NCBI GenBank assembly: GCA_964475265.1
Contig: CAYYVY010000008.1
Span: 4,485 to 68,484, forward strand
Direction of reading: 5' to 3'
Source of the DNA: an uncultured Anaerolineaceae bacterium
GTDB lineage: Bacteria > Chloroflexota > Anaerolineae > Anaerolineales > E44-bin32
DNA length: 64,000 nucleotides
Shown here: positions 25,290-35,550 of the stretch, piece by piece
Layout of the letters: each line of letters starts with the position of its first letter
Numbering within the stretch: position 1 is the stretch's first letter
The notes under the pieces: model-generated
Database searches by the model: none
Told to the model about the DNA's origin: nothing
What the model saw: the letters and a program-made list of their open reading frames with translations, nothing else
Made by a program: the position numbers and the translations under genes

Positions 25290-25793
25290 ATGCCGTTATC
25301 TGACCAGAAGATCCAATCCGGCCGTTATTCCGTCATCCCGCGCACGCTCTGCTTTCTCCTGAGAGACGAGCAGCTTCTCCTGCTGCGCATCGCACCAGAC
25401 CGAGGGGCATGGAGTGGACAACTCAACGGTATCGGCGGCCATATTCAACGCGGGGAAGATCCACTGAGTTCAGCCAGGCGGGAAATTCTGGAAGAAACCG
25501 GTCTGAAACCATCGAAGCTGCGCCTTTGCGGTGTCATCATTATCGATGTTCATGATGAACGCGGTATCGGTCTATACGTCTTCGTTGGAGAGAGTCCATC
25601 CGCTGGGCTGCGTGCTGGCCCGGAAGGCGAACCAATTTGGGTACCGCTAGAATCCCTCCACGATCTGAATTTGGTGGAAGATTTACCCGTGATCATCCCG
25701 CGTGCTCTCAATTGCTACGCTTCGGGGGAACCTTTTTCTGCAGTATATCGCTACAACGAAGATGGGAAATTGACCATCGACTTGTTGCCGTAA
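25290..25793 (+). CDS. NUDIX hydrolase
   Basis: The Nudix box is GIGGHIQRGEDPLSSARREILEETGL (GX5EX7REUXEEXGU). Confidence 0.85.
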   Translation: MPLSDQKIQSGRYSVIPRTLCFLLRDEQLLLLRIAPDRGAWSGQLNGIGGHIQRGEDPLSSARREILEETGLKPSKLRLCGVIIIDVHDERGIGLYVFVGESPSAGLRAGPEGEPIWVPLESLHDLNLVEDLPVIIPRALNCYASGEPFSAVYRYNEDGKLTIDLLP

Positions 25794-25797
25794 TGGG

Positions 25798-26361
25798 TCA
25801 CGAACTTCCGTGCAGATAGAAAATCAAGAGGGTATTTCCGTACTTGCGTCGATCGAACTCCGTAAGATGCTGCAGCTTGAGGTCTTCAGCTTCCATGGGG
25901 TGCAATTGAGCGATCACCCAGGCATCCGGGTTGAGTACTCCAGGATTGTGGTCTATCGCCATGACGGACTGCGACCAAAGCCCCTTATACTGCGGTGGCG
26001 CAACGTAAACGTAGTCGAATGCCGTTTTAACGGGTCGAGTGAGAAACGCCAACGCGTCGGTATGCAGGACGCGCGCTCGCGATTCAAATCCGGTTAGCCC
26101 CAGGTTCTTTTCAACCGTCTCGATTGCTCGGCGGTTGTTGTCCACGAACACGACGGGTTGCGCCCCTCTGCTGATCGCCTCGATCCCCACGCTTCCCGTT
26201 CCTGCAAACAGATCTAAAAATGTGCTTCCGTCAATTTCAACGCCAATAATATTGAACAGCGCTTGCTTCACCCGATCCCCGATAGGACGCACGCCTCGAT
26301 CCGGAACCCGGAGCAGTTTTCTTCCCCTTGCCTCGCCTGCAATTACACGGATACCACTCAT
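25798..26361 (-). CDS. rsmD: 16S rRNA (guanine966-N2)-methyltransferase RsmD
   Basis: It has IRVIAGEARGRKL, the SAM motif LDLFAGTGSVGIEAISRGA and VYVAPPQY (a DPPY-like motif). Confidence 0.85.
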   Translation of the reverse strand: MSGIRVIAGEARGRKLLRVPDRGVRPIGDRVKQALFNIIGVEIDGSTFLDLFAGTGSVGIEAISRGAQPVVFVDNNRRAIETVEKNLGLTGFESRARVLHTDALAFLTRPVKTAFDYVYVAPPQYKGLWSQSVMAIDHNPGVLNPDAWVIAQLHPMEAEDLKLQHLTEFDRRKYGNTLLIFYLHGSS

Positions 26362-26374
26362 TATATCAGGATGG

Positions 26375-27355
26375 CTACACGCAATTTACTGCGTCGCGAG
26401 CGGCGATAATATTTGCATGCGGTGCGATGATGGGGACTACACAACCTGTCCCGAGAACCACGCCGCGACCATCCGTGGAAGCAAGGGCATCCTGCGCCTC
26501 CTCCGCAACCGCAGCGGCATCTTTATACACCATTGATTCCCGGCGAATGCCACCACACACGGCGCCGCGCACGTGTGACTTTCCCGTGCGTAGATCAGGC
26601 CATGTCTCTCGATCGTGCCAGTTAACAACTTGCACGGGATATTCTTGCGCCAGGTCAAAGATGAGCGCCTCGCCGTGCAAATGAAGTACGTTGCACCATC
26701 CCCTTGCAGCTCGCTCCAAGACACGTTGGTCGTACACTTTCCCAAAACGATCATACGATTCTGCATCGAAATAGCGGTAGGAGGCATGTTGAATCGCATA
26801 AAAAATGCCGTCGCAACCCATCTCGAAGGCCGCATCAACGAATTTAACGGTGCTTTCGGCAATGATGTCGAGTCCCGTCGCGACATTCTTTGGATCACGA
26901 TGTATATCGGCCAATAAATGATCGCTCCCGGCCAGGTTCTTCGCTTGCGCCAACGGACTGAATATGGTTTGGATGACGGGAACGTCCGCCTCAAGATATC
27001 CTTTAAGGTATTCCAAACAGCGTAGTTGGTCGCCGAGATGCCCCTTTTTGGGATCCAACCTGGGCAATTTCGTCCAATCCTGGGGGGATTGAATGACACG
27101 CTGCGTGTAATCCCGCGTTCCCTCCGTTGCGCCTCGCCACTCGTCTTGAACGCCCCAATCCTTTAAACAAAAAGACGATGCCGGCGTGACCTTAACAAAA
27201 TCGAAGTCGTACGTCTTTTGAAACAGCGCGATCGCCTTGGCCAGCAGTTCGGGTTCCTGGTCGTCTACCGGGAAATGGCGCCACAAAGCTACCGGAGGCC
27301 GATCTGCCACCTCCCCAGCGAATGCTGCTTCCAATCGTTCTCGTTTTGTGGACAT
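26375..27355 (-). CDS. uroporphyrinogen decarboxylase (URO-D) family protein
   Basis: The N-terminal ERLEAAFAGEVADRPPVALWRHF and overall length fit the URO-D / MtaA-like TIM-barrel family. The substrate is unknown. Confidence 0.65.
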   Translation of the reverse strand: MSTKRERLEAAFAGEVADRPPVALWRHFPVDDQEPELLAKAIALFQKTYDFDFVKVTPASSFCLKDWGVQDEWRGATEGTRDYTQRVIQSPQDWTKLPRLDPKKGHLGDQLRCLEYLKGYLEADVPVIQTIFSPLAQAKNLAGSDHLLADIHRDPKNVATGLDIIAESTVKFVDAAFEMGCDGIFYAIQHASYRYFDAESYDRFGKVYDQRVLERAARGWCNVLHLHGEALIFDLAQEYPVQVVNWHDRETWPDLRTGKSHVRGAVCGGIRRESMVYKDAAAVAEEAQDALASTDGRGVVLGTGCVVPIIAPHANIIAARDAVNCV

Positions 27356-27394
27356 TAAACTCCCTCAATCATCACGCGATAACGATCCTACGAT

Positions 27395-28255
27395 TCACAA
27401 AAGGGATGGGATCGCGTCAGGCTGATCCGCCACAACCACACCGGCAGATTCCAGCGCTTGTATTTTATCTGCGGCCAAACCGGAGCCTCCCTCGACGATC
27501 GCTCCAGCGTGCCCCATTCGTTTCCCGGGCGGCGCTGTTTGACCGGCGATGAAGGCGACCACGGGTTTCGTCATGTGATCGCTGATGTATTCCGCTGCGA
27601 GTTCCTCATCCTTGCCGCCAATTTCTCCAATCAACACGACTTTATCGGTATGCGGGTCGGCTTGGAACATGCCCAACACATCGATAAAGGACGTCCCGTT
27701 GACCGGGTCGCCACCAATTCCTACACAAGTCGATATCCCGATACCTGCTTGCTTCAAGGCGTAAAGGACTTCGTAGGTTAACGTTCCCGATCGAGAGACG
27801 AGGCCTACAGTGCCAGGCTGTGTGATGTGGCCGGGAATGATGCCGGCTTTGCATTCGCCTGGGGTCAGGATGCCCGGACAATTGGGGCCAACCAATCGTA
27901 CGCCTTTTTGGTCCGTGTACTGGTGGACTCGCATCATGTCCTGAACGGGAATGCCCTCCGTGATGCAGATGCACAACGGCAAACCGGCATCCGCCGCCTC
28001 CAACATCGCGTCGACGGCAAATCTTGCCGGAACAAAGATCACACTGGCATTCGCACCGGTCGTCTCGACTGCGCTTTTTACCGTATCGAAAACCGGAATC
28101 TTGCCATCGTATACCCATTCCCCGCCTTTACCGGGGGTGACACCCGCTACGACCTTCGATCCGTATTCAATCATGCGCACGGTATGGAAAAAACCTTCGC
28201 GGCCCGTGATCCCTTGCACCAGAAGGTTCGTGTTCGCATCGATGAGAATGCTCAT
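27395..28255 (-). CDS. sucD: succinyl-CoA synthetase subunit alpha
   Basis: It has [19 protein letters not shown] and the phosphohistidine loop GHAGAIV. Confidence 0.95.
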   Translation of the reverse strand: MSILIDANTNLLVQGITGREGFFHTVRMIEYGSKVVAGVTPGKGGEWVYDGKIPVFDTVKSAVETTGANASVIFVPARFAVDAMLEAADAGLPLCICITEGIPVQDMMRVHQYTDQKGVRLVGPNCPGILTPGECKAGIIPGHITQPGTVGLVSRSGTLTYEVLYALKQAGIGISTCVGIGGDPVNGTSFIDVLGMFQADPHTDKVVLIGEIGGKDEELAAEYISDHMTKPVVAFIAGQTAPPGKRMGHAGAIVEGGSGLAADKIQALESAGVVVADQPDAIPSLL

Positions 28256-29397
28256 GCTGGCAGTCCCTCCGCCGATAATTGAATGGCTTTCTGTGCGGCG
28301 TCACCCAGGGACGTCGCCACGACCATGTCCGCATTGCGCAGCAAGTGCCGTCCCTCCTCCTCGTTGGTGCCTACCAGCCGAACGACCATGGGTGGATTTC
28401 CTTCGACTTCTTGCATCGCCGTGAGTATCCCGCGTGCCACCTCATCACAACGTGTTATGCCTCCAAATATGTTGATCAACACCGCGCGCACGCCTTCGTC
28501 TTTCAGGATCAGGTTGAAAGCTGCGGCAACTTTATCTGCACCGGCTCCTCCACCGATGTCCAGGAAATTCGCCGGTTCTCCGCCGTAGAGCTTGATGACA
28601 TCCATGGTTGCCATGGCCAATCCCGCACCGTTGACCATGCATCCAATGCTCCCATCCAATTTCACGTAGGACAGGCTGAAGCGACGCGCTTCCCGTTCGG
28701 CCGGCTCTTCTTCATCCAGATCGCGCATCTCCGCCAGTTCAGGCCGGCGATACAGCGCGTTGTCGTCGATGATCATTTTTCCATCCAGGGCAAGCAGGCG
28801 CTGATCTCCTGAGATCACCAGGGGGTTGATTTCGGCCAGGGTCGCGTCGGTGTTTACATAAGTGTCGTACAGGCCGCGAACGATGTTTCCGAATTCCTGC
28901 CAATACTCACGCGACAATCCGATCGATGCCGCCAACTGCCTTGCTTGATATTGACGCATTCCCAACAAAGGATCGACGTGCACCCGTACGATTTTTTCGG
29001 GCATCGTTTTCGCCACTTCTTCGATATCCACGCCGCCTTCAGCGGAAGCGATGATCACCGGACAACGCCGGCCGCGATCGTTCGTTACGCTGAGATAAAT
29101 CTCCGATTGGACGTCCGCCGCCTCGTCGATCAGAACCCGATTTACGGGCAAGCCCCTCACGTGCATCCCCAATACACGCGTGGCCATCTCTTCCGCTTCT
29201 TCTGGCGAATCAACCAGCCGAATGCCACCCGCTTTGCCGCGTCCGCCGACAAGCACTTGCGCTTTGACCACGACGCGGCCGCCCAGCTCCTGCGCCACGA
29301 CTTTCGCTTCCTGAGCCGTCATAGCGACACGACCTCGCGGGATCGGAATGCCGTGTTGAGAAAATAACTGCTTGGACCGATACTCATGAAGCTTCAT
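28252..29397 (-). CDS. sucC: succinyl-CoA synthetase subunit beta
   Basis: It has [20 protein letters not shown], the ATP-grasp [16 protein letters not shown] and [10 protein letters not shown]. Its stop overlaps the sucD start. Confidence 0.95.
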   Translation of the reverse strand: MKLHEYRSKQLFSQHGIPIPRGRVAMTAQEAKVVAQELGGRVVVKAQVLVGGRGKAGGIRLVDSPEEAEEMATRVLGMHVRGLPVNRVLIDEAADVQSEIYLSVTNDRGRRCPVIIASAEGGVDIEEVAKTMPEKIVRVHVDPLLGMRQYQARQLAASIGLSREYWQEFGNIVRGLYDTYVNTDATLAEINPLVISGDQRLLALDGKMIIDDNALYRRPELAEMRDLDEEEPAEREARRFSLSYVKLDGSIGCMVNGAGLAMATMDVIKLYGGEPANFLDIGGGAGADKVAAAFNLILKDEGVRAVLINIFGGITRCDEVARGILTAMQEVEGNPPMVVRLVGTNEEEGRHLLRNADMVVATSLGDAAQKAIQLSAEGLPA

Positions 29398-30184
29398 TCA
29401 GACTCCTATTCCCCCGCTTGTCGGCTTTTCGCCTCCGCTCGACGTTCGAGCTTGGTGCCGGGAAGTTTTTTCCTGGCAAGCGCTGCAGCAGCTTGTACTC
29501 GGATTTCGAAAGAAAGCGCCACGTTCCAGGTTGTAAATTCCCGAGTTTGATCGGGCCAATTCGTACTCGAATCAACCTTCGGACTTCAAGCCCCAACGCT
29601 CGCATCATTTCGCGAATCTGCCGCTTGCGCCCCTGCCGTAATACAATGCGCACCCAGGGTATGTCCGTCGAGAAATTTTCCCGCCAAATACGTGCCGGTA
29701 GAGATTTTACCCCTTCTGGAAGCATCACGCCGTCTGTCAAGTTCGTTAACTGGGCATCATCCGGCATTCGATCCAACAAGACGCGATACTCTTTTTCATG
29801 TTCGTAACGTGGGTGGAGAAGAAGGTTGGCCAACTCGCCATCATTGGTAAGCAGGAGCAATCCCTCACTCCGCAGATCGAGCCTTCCTACGATAAAGGTA
29901 CGTTGTGGGATGTCGACCAGATCGAAAACCGTCCGATTTCCGCCCTGCGAACGGCGGGACGAAAGCACGCCCGGCGGTTTATTGACTGCGATGTATACGG
30001 ACTTTTCCTTCGAATCAATGCGTTCACCGTCCACGTATATCGCGTCAACATCCGCATCCGCTTTCATTCCGAGTGTGGCGACACGTCCATTTACCACCAC
30101 ACGCCCAGCACTGATTAAGGCTTCACAAGTACGTCGTGAACCAAGACCCGTTCTCGCAAGTATCTTTTGCAGTCTTTCCGGCAT
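29384..30184 (-). CDS. rluB: rRNA pseudouridine synthase (RsuA/RluB family) with S4 domain
   Basis: It has the S4 domain [16 protein letters not shown] and the catalytic motif [20 protein letters not shown]. Confidence 0.85.
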   Translation of the reverse strand: MPERLQKILARTGLGSRRTCEALISAGRVVVNGRVATLGMKADADVDAIYVDGERIDSKEKSVYIAVNKPPGVLSSRRSQGGNRTVFDLVDIPQRTFIVGRLDLRSEGLLLLTNDGELANLLLHPRYEHEKEYRVLLDRMPDDAQLTNLTDGVMLPEGVKSLPARIWRENFSTDIPWVRIVLRQGRKRQIREMMRALGLEVRRLIRVRIGPIKLGNLQPGTWRFLSKSEYKLLQRLPGKNFPAPSSNVERRRKADKRGNRSLNEAS

Positions 30185-30834
30185 CAGCCTTCCGATTGTG
30201 ATTCCCCAGGATCTCCCGAACTGCCTCCCTCTTCGGTCGATGGCAGCTTTTCGAGGTTTAATGGGGGAAGCTGTCCCAGAGATTCGATTCCAAATTGCTG
30301 GAGAAATTCCGCCGTCGTCGCATAGAGTATCGGTCTTCCTGGTGTTTCACTTCTGCCGGTCTCCTCGATGAGACCGTAACGCAGTAACGTGCGCAGCACG
30401 CTGTCCGAATTTACACCCCGCACGGCATCGATCTGCGGTCGAGTGACAGGTTGTTGGTAGGCAATGATGGAAATCACTTCCAACGCCGCGGGGGTTAGAC
30501 GGGACGTGCTATCCAGTTGAAGGAATCGCTCCACGTCCTCGGAAAGTTCTGGCGCTGTCGTCAGTTGAAAGAGCGAACGGTGGCGCTGCAACCTCAGACC
30601 GCGGCTCTTCAGGTCTTCATCCAACGTTTCCACAGCTTTCTGTACCAGGCGAGGCGAAGTGCCAAGCGCGGTTGCCAACTGCGAAATGGATACCGGTGCT
30701 GACGATACGAAAAGCAGCGCTTCTACACGAGGGGCCAGGTGATCCGCATTTTCCTCGGAAGCGGATGCACGAACAGCCGTGCTATAATCACCTTCGGATT
30801 CTTTATCTGGAGTGGAAGTCTTTGTTGTCACCAA
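30184..30834 (-). CDS. scpB: segregation and condensation protein B
   Basis: It has VEALLFVSSAPVSISQLA and SRLTPAALEVISIIAYQQPVTRPQIDAVRGVNSD, the typical ScpB winged-helix pair. Confidence 0.88.
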   Translation of the reverse strand: MVTTKTSTPDKESEGDYSTAVRASASEENADHLAPRVEALLFVSSAPVSISQLATALGTSPRLVQKAVETLDEDLKSRGLRLQRHRSLFQLTTAPELSEDVERFLQLDSTSRLTPAALEVISIIAYQQPVTRPQIDAVRGVNSDSVLRTLLRYGLIEETGRSETPGRPILYATTAEFLQQFGIESLGQLPPLNLEKLPSTEEGGSSGDPGESQSEG

Positions 30835-30878
30835 ACCTGCTCACCAAGCGTCGAATTTATACATCAGCAGCAGCGATC

Positions 30879-31409
30879 ATGATGCTGATCGCAAGTCTTG
30901 CCTGCCAGTTGAACTTGGGCGGACCTGAACCACCTGGCGACCCGATCCCCATTCAGGAAAACGCCGCCTTCAATCTCACGGAAATGTGGCAATCGGCGTT
31001 GCTGGATGCTGTGAAGTCCGGCCAGGTCATCGTCATACTGAATGAAATTCAGCTCACGTCACTTCTCAACCAGCGCATGGCGGAGAAGGAAAAACCGCTG
31101 CTGCTCGAACCACAAGTCTTCTTGCGTGAGAATATGATCCAGATCTACGGCACGACGAAAAACGGACCTTTCACCGCAAACGTGCTGATTGGCATAACGC
31201 CCGTCATCGACGCTGAGGGCGAACTCTCGTTCGATCTCACACAAGCCGAGTTTGGCCCAATCCCTGCACCATCAGCGCTGAAGGAAACTGTTTCCGCCAT
31301 TCTCACCGAAGCCTTTACGGGCACAATCGGTTCCCTGGCGACGGGGATTAGAATAAGTACAATCGCAATCTCCGACGGGGAGATGGGTATTGTCGGTGAA
31401 GTACGTTAA
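30879..31409 (+). CDS. putative lipoprotein, function unknown
   Basis: The ATG at 30879 gives MMLIASLACQ, which has a lipobox. The track start at 30672 would overlap scpB by 160 nt. Confidence 0.55.
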   Translation: MMLIASLACQLNLGGPEPPGDPIPIQENAAFNLTEMWQSALLDAVKSGQVIVILNEIQLTSLLNQRMAEKEKPLLLEPQVFLRENMIQIYGTTKNGPFTANVLIGITPVIDAEGELSFDLTQAEFGPIPAPSALKETVSAILTEAFTGTIGSLATGIRISTIAISDGEMGIVGEVR

Positions 31410-31451
31410 TCGTCAAGTTTGACATTATACCAGTGCGAAGAATGACCAGCA

Positions 31452-33047
31452 ATGAAACCTGAGCAGAGACTGCCAAAAATACTGCAACTTGCGTTCTTGA
31501 TCGCCATCCTGATCGTTTCCTGTTCCGGTCCGCGCACGACGGCGGAGCAGATACAAATCTCGATCCTCGTCGACGGCGAAGAAAACCAGCTGTCCGTACC
31601 GTCCGGATCGACGGTCCAAAACGCTATCGAGACCAGCGGTATTGCGTTGGGTGCGCTGGATCGCCTCGATCCGCCGGGCTACACCTTACTTGACGCAGGC
31701 TCGACGATAACGATTACACGCATCAACGAACGTTTCGAGATCGAGCAAATCGAAATTTCCTTCGAACGCCAAACCCTGCGCAACGAAGCGCTGCCGCTTG
31801 GAGAATCCCACCTGCTTCAACCGGGCTCGAACGGCCTTCAGGAGATCACCTACCGCATTCTGGAAGAAGGTGGCGTAGAAATTTCACGCACACCGATCAA
31901 AAACACGGTCCTCGTCGAACCCGTTGCGGAAATCATCATGGTCGGTATCCAGTCGGCGTACACGTCAGTGTCCATCGAGGGGAAATTGGCCTACATTTCG
32001 GGACAAAATGCCTGGATCGTACAAGGCGACACCGGCAACCGTCGACCACTCGTGCTTTCGGGCGATCTGGATGGGTATATTTTCGAACTCTCCGAAGATG
32101 GGCGATTCTTGCTCTTCACCCGCCAGGTCGAGGACGAGGACGATACGATCAACCGTTTGTGGGCCATCTCCACGACCGATGCTAACGCAGAGCCCATCGA
32201 CCTGAAAGTCGGGAACATCGTCCACTTTGCAGATTGGATGCCCGGGATCGATTCCCGCATCGTTGCTTTTACGACCGTCGAACCCAGTCCCGCCGCGCCC
32301 GGCTGGCAGGCCAACAACGACCTGCTCACGGTTCGTTTCACGGAGTCGGGCGTGGTTTTCCGTCCGGAAACAGTGATCGAATCGAACGCCGGCGGCCAAT
32401 ACGGATGGTGGGGGACGACCTTCGTCTGGGGCGAAGATCGTCTTCACCTGGCCTATGCGCGTGCGGACAGCATCGGTTTCGTTGACTTCGACACCGCCAC
32501 CTTCGTCCCTGCTCAGGAGATCACACCCTATCAAACCCTGAGCGATTGGGCATGGGTTCCCGGACTCAGCTGGGGACGTGACAACCGCAGCCTCTTTTTC
32601 ATCGATCATGGAGCCCCGATTGCACTTGAGAACCCGGAAGCTTCACCGGTCTTCGATCTTGTTGCCCTGACCGGCCAGGGCGGTTTGCGTCTGCCGCTAG
32701 CTGAAAAAACGGGAATGTTTGCATATCCGACGGTTTCGCCGGCCGTTCTGCGGGACAACGGTGAAATTGAATACAAGTTGGCCTTCATGCAGGCAATCTC
32801 TCCGCTGGAAAGCGACACGAGCAATTACCGCCTGACCGTCATGGATCGGGACGGCAGCAACTTACATGGGATCTTTCCTCCGCTTGGCGAAAGCGGGCTA
32901 GCGCCGCAGCCGGTCGTGTGGTCACCCGGAGCAAACCAGATTGCGGTCATTTACCGCGGGGATCTCTGGATCGTCGACGTCGTCAGCGAATTGGGTCAGC
33001 GAATCACTGCGGAGAGTCTGACACTCTCAATGGATTGGAGTCCCTGA
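31452..33047 (+). CDS. membrane-anchored DUF348/G5-domain protein with a C-terminal beta-propeller-like region
   Basis: It has an N-terminal TM. The DUF348-like block is ISILVDGEENQLSVPSGSTVQNAI, and the G5-like block is RQTLRNEALPLGESHLLQPGSNGLQEITYRI. The C-terminal repeats are TolB-like, with Trp/Asp-rich strands. Confidence 0.65.
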   Translation: MKPEQRLPKILQLAFLIAILIVSCSGPRTTAEQIQISILVDGEENQLSVPSGSTVQNAIETSGIALGALDRLDPPGYTLLDAGSTITITRINERFEIEQIEISFERQTLRNEALPLGESHLLQPGSNGLQEITYRILEEGGVEISRTPIKNTVLVEPVAEIIMVGIQSAYTSVSIEGKLAYISGQNAWIVQGDTGNRRPLVLSGDLDGYIFELSEDGRFLLFTRQVEDEDDTINRLWAISTTDANAEPIDLKVGNIVHFADWMPGIDSRIVAFTTVEPSPAAPGWQANNDLLTVRFTESGVVFRPETVIESNAGGQYGWWGTTFVWGEDRLHLAYARADSIGFVDFDTATFVPAQEITPYQTLSDWAWVPGLSWGRDNRSLFFIDHGAPIALENPEASPVFDLVALTGQGGLRLPLAEKTGMFAYPTVSPAVLRDNGEIEYKLAFMQAISPLESDTSNYRLTVMDRDGSNLHGIFPPLGESGLAPQPVVWSPGANQIAVIYRGDLWIVDVVSELGQRITAESLTLSMDWSP

Positions 33048-33050
33048 ACA

Positions 33051-34016
33051 ATGTCCAAAGAACCAATGCGCGTTATGGTGACCGGTGGAGCTGGATTCAT
33101 CGGATCACATCTTTGTGATTATCTTCTTCAAAAAGGTCATCGAGTCGTTATCATCGACAACCTAATCACCGGCAGCCTCGAGAATATCGCCCATTTCAAC
33201 GGCAATTCAGACGTGCTCTTCATCGAGCACGATGTATCGGAGTATATTTCTGTGCCGGGCAAGATCGACGCCGTGATGCATCTCGCCTCACCAGCGAGTC
33301 CAAACCAATCCTCACCCTATAGCTATCCACAATTGTCAATTCAAACATTGAAGGTTGGCTCGCTGGGCACACACAACGCCCTCGGAGTCGCACGTGCGCA
33401 TGATGCAGCTTTTCTGCTCGCCTCGACTTCCGAAATCTACGGCGATCCCGAAATCCATCCGCAGCACGAAGAGTACTTCGGCCACGTGAACCCTGTAGGA
33501 CCCCGCTCCGTGTACGACGAGGCGAAGCGATTCGCAGAGGCCATTACGATGGCCTACCATCGCAAACATGGCGTGCGCACACACATCGCCCGTATCTTCA
33601 ACACTTTCGGTCCGCGAATGCGTCTCGACGACGGACGCGCCGTACCCAACTTCATCGGTCAAGCGCTGCAGCAAAAACCGCTCACGGTGTACGGGGATGG
33701 TAAACAGACGCGCAGCTTTTGCTACGTCAGCGATACCGTCAAAGCCTTGTATCGGCTACTTCACAGCGACTACAATCTGCCGGTCAACATCGGAAATCCT
33801 GTCGAAATCACAATCATGCAGTTGGCAGAATTAATCAACCGCATGACGGAAAACCAGGCGGGGATCGATATTCTGCCAGATTCACGCGCACCGGCCGATC
33901 CGCAGCGTCGCCAGCCGGACATCTCACGCGCCCGGGAGATCCTCGATTGGAACCCACAGGTAGAAATCGAAGTCGGGCTGAAATGGACGATTAATGATTT
34001 TCAAGGTCGCATATGA
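33051..34016 (+). CDS. UDP-glucuronate decarboxylase (UDP-xylose synthase), SDR family
   Basis: It has the Rossmann motif [12 protein letters not shown], the catalytic YDEAKR and [12 protein letters not shown], which is the typical UXS pattern. Confidence 0.85.
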   Translation: MSKEPMRVMVTGGAGFIGSHLCDYLLQKGHRVVIIDNLITGSLENIAHFNGNSDVLFIEHDVSEYISVPGKIDAVMHLASPASPNQSSPYSYPQLSIQTLKVGSLGTHNALGVARAHDAAFLLASTSEIYGDPEIHPQHEEYFGHVNPVGPRSVYDEAKRFAEAITMAYHRKHGVRTHIARIFNTFGPRMRLDDGRAVPNFIGQALQQKPLTVYGDGKQTRSFCYVSDTVKALYRLLHSDYNLPVNIGNPVEITIMQLAELINRMTENQAGIDILPDSRAPADPQRRQPDISRAREILDWNPQVEIEVGLKWTINDFQGRI

Positions 34017-34507
34017 ACGCTAACTCAAGAAGACGCCGGGAACTCATACGCTTCGTAAAGTTTTCGGTCGTAGGGACGATCGGTGCAGTCGTCGACTTTG
34101 GAACCTTCAACCTGCTGAACTCTGTCTTGGGTATGGACAGTCTTCCGTCCAGCGTGTGTTCATTCACGGCGGCGATTATCAGTAATTTCATTTGGAATCG
34201 CTATTGGACCTATCCGGATTCACGCTCCAAACCCATCCCTCAGCAGGCTTCGCAATTCTTCGGCGTAAATCTTATCGGCTTGATGATTCGGACCCCCATA
34301 TTCGTTTTTTCGGAGGGTCCCATGACCCGCCTCGCAGAATGGCTGCACGCCAACGTTCCCCCGGCATTTCCGCCCGGTGAGGCATCTTTTCTACCGATCG
34401 AGAGCACCGTTCTGGGAAGCAATCTGGCACTCGCTATGGCTGTCATCGTCGTCCTGTTCTGGAATTTCACGGTCAACCGCATTTGGACGTACTCGGATGT
34501 CTCCTAG
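34013..34507 (+). CDS. GtrA-family membrane protein
   Basis: It has [22 protein letters not shown] and FTVNRIWTY, with four TM segments. The start overlaps the upstream stop. Confidence 0.8.
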   Translation: MNANSRRRRELIRFVKFSVVGTIGAVVDFGTFNLLNSVLGMDSLPSSVCSFTAAIISNFIWNRYWTYPDSRSKPIPQQASQFFGVNLIGLMIRTPIFVFSEGPMTRLAEWLHANVPPAFPPGEASFLPIESTVLGSNLALAMAVIVVLFWNFTVNRIWTYSDVS

Positions 34508-34664
34508 AAAGCGATGCACCATCCTCCCTGGATGATACCCAGCTCGGAATCTTGACCGAGGTTTGATGCTCGGGATGTATGAACTTACGATGTAATTACA
34601 AAACCTTTCGTACATTATCATGCACTTGTATAATGGATCACACCTCAACGGAGCTGGACAACTG

Positions 34665-35045
34665 ATGACCCAGAAATTGAGAAAACCAATCCCGATTTAC
34701 ACAACCCCTGGAGATTGGTCCGCCTTACTCGTTTTCCCGTATATCTACAACACGCTTGGTGAATGGATCGGTTGGGTTACACCGAATAAAGAGGTTTTCG
34801 ACGTCAACGGCGTATACATCGGGTGGCTGACGAAAGACCCCCGCATTCTCACCAAACGTATACCACAAGGTCCGCTCGTTCGAAAAATTCCTCCCGCGAA
34901 ACCCCAACGCATTCGACCGCCCGCTACTGTCCCGCTCCCGCCAATGATGTCCGATCTTCCGTTCGAAATCATCGATGTTCTCGACGAAGTTCCGGAGCGT
35001 CTGCACACGACGGACGCCGCAGGACATCGGGAGGATATGGATTAA
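34665..35045 (+). CDS. hypothetical protein (126 aa)
   Basis: The ORF has an internal repeat of the type GEWIGWVT / NGVYIGWLT, then a Pro/Arg-rich tail. The ATG at 34665 is preferred over 34620. Confidence 0.45.
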   Translation: MTQKLRKPIPIYTTPGDWSALLVFPYIYNTLGEWIGWVTPNKEVFDVNGVYIGWLTKDPRILTKRIPQGPLVRKIPPAKPQRIRPPATVPLPPMMSDLPFEIIDVLDEVPERLHTTDAAGHREDMD

Positions 35046-35049
35046 CCGA

Positions 35050-35550
35050 ATGCCGCACGCCGAAATCGAAGCCAAACCCGTGAGCGCCTCCAGGGTTGTT
35101 CTCAGTCAACTCATGCAACCAGGACAAGCCAACTCTCGAGGTGACGTACACGGAGGCTGGATCATGAAGTTGGTCGATGAAGCGGGCGCCCTGGCAGCCA
35201 TGCGCCATGCACAGTGCAGGGTCGTCACAGTCGCCATCGACCAAATGCACTTCCTCGAACCGATCAGCATCGGCGATTTGGTCATACTGGAAGCTGAAGT
35301 ATCCTATGTCGGTCGAACCTCCGTCGAGACCCGCGTACGGGTACACGCCGAGAATCCCGTGACCGGCCAAAGGACGCACACCAACACGGGTTTCCTGGTT
35401 TATGTTGCTCTCGACGAGGCGCGCCATCCGAAGCTCGTCCCCCAATTGATTACAGAGACGGAAGACGAAAAGCGACTTTTCGCCGGGGGAAAACGCCGTC
35501 AAGCCCATCGACTTGCCCAGCGAAAACAAGATATACGCGAAGGCGCCTGA
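35050..35550 (+). CDS. acyl-CoA thioesterase (hotdog fold, YciA-like)
   Basis: It has LMQPGQANSRGDVHGGWIMKLVDEAGALAA and RVVTVAIDQMHFLEPISIGDLV. The ATG at 35050 follows the upstream stop. Confidence 0.82.
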   Translation: MPHAEIEAKPVSASRVVLSQLMQPGQANSRGDVHGGWIMKLVDEAGALAAMRHAQCRVVTVAIDQMHFLEPISIGDLVILEAEVSYVGRTSVETRVRVHAENPVTGQRTHTNTGFLVYVALDEARHPKLVPQLITETEDEKRLFAGGKRRQAHRLAQRKQDIREGA

